Shown one piece after another: positions 38,001-43,041 of a stretch of DNA of 43,041 nucleotides. A program made the translations under genes and the position numbers. Each line of letters begins with the position of its first letter. The stretch's first letter is position 1. The DNA is from Anaerolineae bacterium (lineage in GTDB: Bacteria; Chloroflexota; Anaerolineae; J102), in contig WGCR01000550.1 in assembly GCA_015493675.1 (NCBI GenBank), positions 1-43,041 of the forward strand, given 5' to 3'. The notes under the pieces are model-generated. The model was not told where the DNA came from and searched no databases. It saw only the letters and a list, made by a program, of their open reading frames with translations.

Positions 38001-38637
38001 TCAGATCGCAATCAAGTACATCCTGGACAGGGTATTCGCCCTGTTTCTGATCCTCATTCTTTCGCCGTTGTGGCTGGCGATTATGCTCGCCATCAAACTG
38101 GATGATGGCGGGCCAGTGTTTTTCACCCAGGATCGGTTGGGCAAAGATGGCTCGATCTTCAAAATCTACAAATTCCGCACGATGATCGTCAACGCCGATC
38201 AATTTCTGGATGAACAGGGCCGGGTAACGAAGAAAAATCGCATTACACGCGTTGGCAAATTCTTGAGGGCGCTCAGCCTTGACGAGCTGCCACAATTGAT
38301 CAACATTTTCAAGGGAGAAATGTCAGTGATCGGGCCGCGCCCGGTGTTGCCCACCCACTACCCCCGATACACCGACTATCAAAAACAACGCCTGCTGATG
38401 AAACCGGGCGTAACCGGACTGGCCCAGATCAATGGCAGAAACACGCTTAAGTGGTCCCAGCGCATCGAGTATGATGTGTGGTACATCGAACATTACTCCC
38501 TGTGGCTGGACATGAAGATACTGCTGAAAACCATCAAAGTTGTCCTGCTACGAGAAGGCATCGTCATGGATCGGAACCCCCACGAAGTCGATGATCTGGC
38601 CCAACCTCCAAACGACGAAACCAACAGAGTCTCATGA
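37987..38637 (+). CDS. Small monotopic phosphoglycosyl transferase (PglC/WbcO-type initiating sugar transferase)
   Basis: A single N-terminal hydrophobic helix is followed by PVFFTQDRLGKDGSIFKIYKFRTM...DELPQLINIFKGEMSVIGPRP. Confidence 0.88.
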   Translation: MQHHNQIAIKYILDRVFALFLILILSPLWLAIMLAIKLDDGGPVFFTQDRLGKDGSIFKIYKFRTMIVNADQFLDEQGRVTKKNRITRVGKFLRALSLDELPQLINIFKGEMSVIGPRPVLPTHYPRYTDYQKQRLLMKPGVTGLAQINGRNTLKWSQRIEYDVWYIEHYSLWLDMKILLKTIKVVLLREGIVMDRNPHEVDDLAQPPNDETNRVS

Positions 38638-39620
38638 TCAAACGCATCGAACCGGAAGTTACAGATAAATTCCGCAAAGACCCCGATCAGGAAAACTTTC
38701 TGGCCCGGCTGAATCATATTCTCGCGCCACATCAAGAGGAAGACTATATCGATAATCTGCCCGAACGCTTCCCCACCGTGCACGTCATCGGCGCACCGCG
38801 TTCTGGCACAACATTGCTCACCCAGGTGCTGGCTGCACATACCAACATCGGCTACATCAACAATCTGATCGCCGCATTCTGGAAAGCGCCGGTATACGGC
38901 ATTCGACTCTCCGCCCAGGTCGTTCCCCGAAACATCGGCTCTTCCTACCAATCCGAATTCGGCAGAACAAAGGGCATCCAGGAACCTCACGAGTTTGGCT
39001 ATTTCTGGTCGGAATTGTTGGATTATCAGGAAATGCGCGAGCCGGAAGAAGAAAAAAACATCGATTGGGAGCGCGTACGGTTGATTTTTACGAATATGAC
39101 CCGGGCGTACGGTGGCCCAATCCTTTTCAAATCTTTGCTTTTGGCCTGGCACATTCCTCAAATGCAGATGATATTACCCAAGACGCGTTGGCTCCATATT
39201 CGCAGAGATCCAATTCAAAATAGTCTTTCTTTGTTGAGATTTCGTCACCAATTCCTGGGTTCTGTTGAAAAATGGGGGTCGCTTAAGCCGAAAGAATATG
39301 AGTGGTTGGCAAACAAACCTTATTGGGAGCAGGTGGCCGGGCAGGTCTATTTTCTTGAAAAACGCTATCGGGAGCAATTGAAACAGATACCAAAAGAAAA
39401 CATCTTATCCCTGACCTATGAAGAACTCTGCAATTCACCCGGTGAAGCCATCAAAAATGCATTACGGATGATAAACCGTCAGGGAGCTTCTGTGTCGTTA
39501 TCCTCTTCACCTCCAGACCGTTTCAAAATTCAAAAATACGATCTTCATAACGAGCCCGATAGCGATAAAATTATGACGGCCTGGGTAAAACTTAACCAGG
39601 AATTCGGGCAATTGGATTAG
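38634..39620 (+). CDS. Sulfotransferase-family protein (second copy)
   Basis: VIGAPRSGTTLLTQ is a 5'-PSB loop. HIRRDPIQNSLS resembles a 3'-PB motif. The ATG overlaps the previous stop (ATGA). Confidence 0.75.
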   Translation: MIKRIEPEVTDKFRKDPDQENFLARLNHILAPHQEEDYIDNLPERFPTVHVIGAPRSGTTLLTQVLAAHTNIGYINNLIAAFWKAPVYGIRLSAQVVPRNIGSSYQSEFGRTKGIQEPHEFGYFWSELLDYQEMREPEEEKNIDWERVRLIFTNMTRAYGGPILFKSLLLAWHIPQMQMILPKTRWLHIRRDPIQNSLSLLRFRHQFLGSVEKWGSLKPKEYEWLANKPYWEQVAGQVYFLEKRYREQLKQIPKENILSLTYEELCNSPGEAIKNALRMINRQGASVSLSSSPPDRFKIQKYDLHNEPDSDKIMTAWVKLNQEFGQLD

Positions 39621-39639
39621 ACTTTTCCAAAGTGCACCA

Positions 39640-40716
39640 ATGTCAGAATTATCAATAATTTTCGCAAGCCAAAACTGTGAATGGGAGCAAACGATAAAGA
39701 GCGCTGACAGCTACGATTTTTATCATCTTCCCGGCTATCACACATTGCACGAAAAGCAGGGGGACGGTGCGGGAACGCTGTTGGTATATGAGGAGGGTGA
39801 CAAGTTCATTGCCTTACCCTTGATGGTGCGGGAGATCAGCCAGATTCCGGGGCTGGATACCTTCACGGATTACCGGGATGCTACATCGGTTTACGGTTAT
39901 CCCGGGCCCATCACCAATGCCGCTACCCGGGGAGATCAGGCGTTCATCGCCCGGTTTCACCAGCAACTGAACCGTTACGCCCTTTCTCAGGATTGGATCA
40001 GTGTTTTCTCACGACTAAACCCGTTGCTGAAAAACCACCAACTCCTGACCCACCACGGAGAAATCATCGGCCTCAGCGACACCGTTATCATCGACCTTGG
40101 CCTGACGGAAGAAGAGCAAACCGCCCATTACCGAAAAAGTCACCGTTACGAGGTGCGGCGCGCCCGACGGGAGGGAATGGAGGTGCAACACGATGATGAG
40201 TGGGCAAACTACGAAGCATTTATTGATCTGTACCATCAGACAATGCAGCGCGTGCATGCCGCACCTCACTATTTTTTCAACCGTACTTATTTCGATGACT
40301 TACGCACAGCGCTTGGAGATCGATTGCGATTGTATGTCGCAACGATGAATGGAAACTTCTGTGCGGCGTCGCTCTTCGTCAAGACTCAAAACATCATCGA
40401 ATACCACCTCTCCGCCAGTTCAGATGATTGTTTGAAATGGGCGCCGTCGAAACTCATCATTGATGAGGTCCGGCAATGGGGAAAGGCGTCCGGTGCGCGC
40501 TGGCTACATCTTGGCGGCGGCGTTGGCTCCCAGGAAGACGCCCTTTTTCGATTCAAGGCCGGCTTTTCACCATTGCGACGCCGGTTTTTTATCTGGAAAT
40601 GGATTGTTCAACCCCAGGTTTACGAACAGCTCGTGCGTAAAAGGGAGCAATGGGTTCGCAAGCATAACGAATCCATTTCCGATTCATCTTACTTCCCCTC
40701 CTACCGCCACCCATGA
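39640..40716 (+). CDS. FemAB-family / GNAT-fold (Acetyltransf_6-like) transferase
   Basis: Size and pattern fit the FemAB-like proteins seen in EPS clusters (YHLPGY...YGYPGP...HYRKSHRYEVRRARREG...YHLSAS...LHLGGG). This recognition is less secure than the others. Confidence 0.55.
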   Translation: MSELSIIFASQNCEWEQTIKSADSYDFYHLPGYHTLHEKQGDGAGTLLVYEEGDKFIALPLMVREISQIPGLDTFTDYRDATSVYGYPGPITNAATRGDQAFIARFHQQLNRYALSQDWISVFSRLNPLLKNHQLLTHHGEIIGLSDTVIIDLGLTEEEQTAHYRKSHRYEVRRARREGMEVQHDDEWANYEAFIDLYHQTMQRVHAAPHYFFNRTYFDDLRTALGDRLRLYVATMNGNFCAASLFVKTQNIIEYHLSASSDDCLKWAPSKLIIDEVRQWGKASGARWLHLGGGVGSQEDALFRFKAGFSPLRRRFFIWKWIVQPQVYEQLVRKREQWVRKHNESISDSSYFPSYRHP

Positions 40717-40886
40717 CCCCTCTCCGTCTCTACCTCTCCCCGCCCCACATGTCCGGGCGGGAAATGCAATACGTTCAGGAAGCCTTCGATTCCAACTGGA
40801 TCGCGCCCCTGGGCACGAATGTGACCGCCTTCGAGCATGACTTCTGGCTCCACAATGAGGACGATGCACTACGGCTTTCTCGATGA
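40713..40886 (+). pseudogene. 5' fragment of an EpsN-like aminotransferase gene
   Basis: ATG 40713 overlaps the upstream TGA (ATGA). It encodes MTPLRLYLSPPHMSGREMQYVQEAFDSNWIAPLGTNVTAFEHDF. It then leaves homology and stops at 40884-40886. The segment 40724-40814 matches 41673-41763 with 3 mismatches. Confidence 0.8.
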
Positions 40887-41475
40887 ATCTGGCGGCGTCG
40901 ATCCTTTTTCGGGGAGTCATGTTCTTGTCGTTGCTTTGCTCACAACGCATACGCCCCGGAAAATCGAGCGACACGTAAAAAGAGCTCATCAGAAACTTGG
41001 ACATCATGTTCGGATGACTGAACTGAAGGCATCTTCGTCGAGCCAACGAGTCGTTACCCGTTTTTTGACAGCAATTGCTACTGAAGACATTGAAATCATA
41101 GCTGTTATCGTCGATAAACGAGCTATTCAACGCCCGCCTACAGATCCTGAAAAAATCTATCGCAAAGCCGTTACCCATGTGGCTGCTCACTGCGTCTCGA
41201 AATGGCCCAGAGTTGAACTGTTTCTTGACAAACGTTATACCAAAAAATCACTCAGGCGAGAATTGGAAGTCGCTATCCGTACAGGCATTGCCCACCTGCC
41301 CCAAGAAGTCGTATTGATTCATCAGGAGGATTCACGCAACATAAAAGGCCTCCAGGCCGTTGATTTCGTGGCCTGGGCGCTTTTCCAGAAGTATGAAGCA
41401 AATGATGAACAGTATTATGCAATCATCCAGGACAAAATAATCGTCGAAGAAGTGATTCAGCAACTCCTGTGGTAG
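40864..41475 (+). CDS. DUF3800-family protein, function unknown
   Basis: MHYGFLDESGG is the N-terminal DESG signature. The C-terminal LQAVDFVAWAL resembles the family's LQxADxxA motif. In-frame ATGs at 40837 and 40855 are alternative starts. The gene is AT-richer than its neighbours. Confidence 0.65.
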   Translation: MHYGFLDESGGVDPFSGSHVLVVALLTTHTPRKIERHVKRAHQKLGHHVRMTELKASSSSQRVVTRFLTAIATEDIEIIAVIVDKRAIQRPPTDPEKIYRKAVTHVAAHCVSKWPRVELFLDKRYTKKSLRRELEVAIRTGIAHLPQEVVLIHQEDSRNIKGLQAVDFVAWALFQKYEANDEQYYAIIQDKIIVEEVIQQLLW

Positions 41476-41697
41476 CCCCCTTCCCATCCCCAGACAAAAA
41501 CAAAAGCGGCTCTCCCTGGTCCCCGATTTCAATCTGTCCCCCTGCATTTCAGCAGGAGCTAGGCGCCTTCTACGAAGACCCAGGGTTTCCAGGACTTACG
41601 ATACCGCTTTTCTGATCATAGTATACGCTCACCCACTCTATTTGTCAAGGATAATCGCATTTCCGAGAAAAGCCGCCTCTACCTCTCCCCGCCTCAC

Positions 41698-42801
41698 ATG
41701 TCCGGGCGGGAAATGCAATACGTTCAGGAAGCTTTCGATTCCAACTGGATCGCGCCCCTGGGCCCGCACGTGGACGCGTTCGAGCAGGAGTTCGCGGCCA
41801 AAGTGGGCGCAAAGCACGCGCTCGCGCTCAGCGCCGGCACCGCCGCCATCCATCTCGCCCTCATCCATCTCGGCGTAGGCCCGGGCGACGAAGTCATCGT
41901 CTCCACCCTCACCTTTGCTGCCAGCGCCAACCCCGTCGTCTACCTGGGGGCCAAACCGGTCTTCATCGACAGCGAGCGCACCTCCTGGAATATGGATCCC
42001 GACCTGCTGGCCGAAACCCTGGCCCGCAAGGCCCGCCAGGGCAAACCGCCCAGGGCCGTCATCCTCGTCCATCTCTACGGCCAAACCGCAGACATCGATC
42101 GCATCCTCGCCATCTGCAACCAATACGACGTGCCCCTCATCGAGGATGCAGCCGAAGCGCTGGGCGCGACCTACAAAGGCCGTTCGCCCGGCGTTTTTGG
42201 TCAGGCGGGCATTTTCTCCTTCAACGGCAACAAGATCATCACCACCTCCGGCGGCGGCATGTTGGTCTCCGACGACGCCGAACTCATCGCCCACGCCCGC
42301 AAACTGGCCACCCAGGCCCGGGACCCGGCACCCCACTACCAGCACTCCGAGATCGGTTACAACTACCGCCTGAGCAACGTGCTGGCGGGCATTGGTCGCG
42401 GTCAGTTGCAGGCGCTTGATGAGCGGGTGCGACGCAAGCGGGAGATATTCGAGAGCTATCGCCGGGCGTTGGCCGATCTCCCCGGCATCGATTTCATGCC
42501 CGAAGCCCCCTGGGGCCTGCACAATCGCTGGCTCACCGTCATCACCGTCGATCCCGCTCGCTTCGGAGCCGACCGCGAGGCGATCCGTCTAGCTCTGGAA
42601 GCCGAAAATATCGAATCCCGGCCTTTGTGGAAGCCCATGCACTTGCAGCCTGTCTTCGCAAAGTGTGAGAGAGTCGGCGGCAGCGTCTCGGAAGACCTGT
42701 TTGCCCGGGGACTGTGCCTCCCCTCCGGCACGGCCATGATCGCCGCGGACCAAAAGCGGGTGGTGGAAGTCCTCCGCAAAGTGGGACGAGCAGAACGCTG
42801 A
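41698..42801 (+). CDS. DegT-family PLP-dependent aminotransferase, EpsN/PglE-like
   Basis: MSGREMQYVQEAFDSNWIAPLGPHVDAFEQEF is the N-terminus, with FSFNGNKIITTSGGG further on. The conserved RLYLSPPH codons lie upstream (41674-41697). There is no in-frame start before the TAG at 41560-41562. Confidence 0.88.
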   Translation: MSGREMQYVQEAFDSNWIAPLGPHVDAFEQEFAAKVGAKHALALSAGTAAIHLALIHLGVGPGDEVIVSTLTFAASANPVVYLGAKPVFIDSERTSWNMDPDLLAETLARKARQGKPPRAVILVHLYGQTADIDRILAICNQYDVPLIEDAAEALGATYKGRSPGVFGQAGIFSFNGNKIITTSGGGMLVSDDAELIAHARKLATQARDPAPHYQHSEIGYNYRLSNVLAGIGRGQLQALDERVRRKREIFESYRRALADLPGIDFMPEAPWGLHNRWLTVITVDPARFGADREAIRLALEAENIESRPLWKPMHLQPVFAKCERVGGSVSEDLFARGLCLPSGTAMIAADQKRVVEVLRKVGRAER

Positions 42802-42835
42802 TAACGCAAACGCCCGCAGATCGAACCAGAAAAAG

Positions 42836-42864
42836 ATCAGCGTCAATCAGCGCCATCAGCATCC
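42836..42864. repeat. Three phased 9-10-mers: ATCAGCGTCA, ATCAGCGCC, ATCAGCATCC
   Basis: Read directly from the sequence, 35 nt after the last cluster gene. The style is similar to the decamers at 2829-2858. Confidence 0.85.
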
Positions 42865-43041
42865 CATTTCCCACCACCAAAAATCTGTATAATCTGTGCA
42901 CTAGGTGGTTCCCTTCGTGTAATTACTGAACACCAGGTTGAAAGGTTATACCAGTGCTTCGCGACTTTCAGGAATCCACCGATTAAAATCAGAACTGAGG
43001 GCCTCTGGCCGCCTGGTCTACCTATGCAGACAGGTCAAAAC

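Noticed and set aside
41476-41697. Non-coding tail of the DUF3800 insert: an 8-bp inverted repeat AAAAGCGG (41502-41509) / CCGCTTTT (41604-41611), and a CRISPR-repeat-like ATTGAAATC on the minus strand
   Set aside because: An 8-bp inverted repeat within about 100 nt is close to chance expectation. There is no repeat-spacer periodicity and no integron attC core (GTTRRRY). I cannot match any known RNA family by eye. It is worth an Rfam scan but is not claimable.

Overview
This 43-kb window comes from a fairly GC-rich genome. Gene content and repeat style remind me of Chloroflexota, but that is only a guess. mutL (32-1843) is the only supported minus-strand gene. Every other supported gene is on the plus strand, and from about 2.9 to 42.8 kb these form one long surface-polysaccharide supercluster. 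Several gene junctions overlap as ATGA or TAATG (14586, 27713, 31731, 33953, 38634, 40713), which fits operon-like translational coupling.

Recognisable content:
- Two GT2 and six GT4 glycosyltransferases.
- A fused Wzz/BY-kinase, a NusG/RfaH-like paralog and a 781-aa TPR protein.
- WbpA/WbpB/WbpD-like enzymes for a 2,3-diacetamido-uronic acid.
- FnlA/B/C (CapE/F/G)-like enzymes for UDP-L-FucNAc, followed by a WbuB-like transferase.
- Two Wzx flippases, two Wzy/O-antigen-ligase-like proteins and two initiating phosphoglycosyl transferases (one large, one small).
- Two DegT-family aminotransferases, an O-acetyltransferase, a methyltransferase and a FemAB-like enzyme.
- A sulfation set: fused ATP-sulfurylase/APS-kinase plus two sulfotransferases.

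The pathway genes are not the most unusual part. Three small, AT-richer single-gene inserts sit at gene junctions: an NTase-fold protein, a four-helix-bundle (23S-IVS/Avd-like) gene with an in-frame TGA, and a DUF3800 protein. Two of them are bracketed by direct duplications of the neighbouring housekeeping-type gene end (31 nt, and about 120 nt). The third is bracketed by heptamer/15-mer microsatellite-like repeats, and the same 21-mer recurs inside the adjacent fnlB-like CDS.

I found no transposase, integrase, tRNA, rRNA or CRISPR array. All functional calls rest on remembered family motifs, not on searches.
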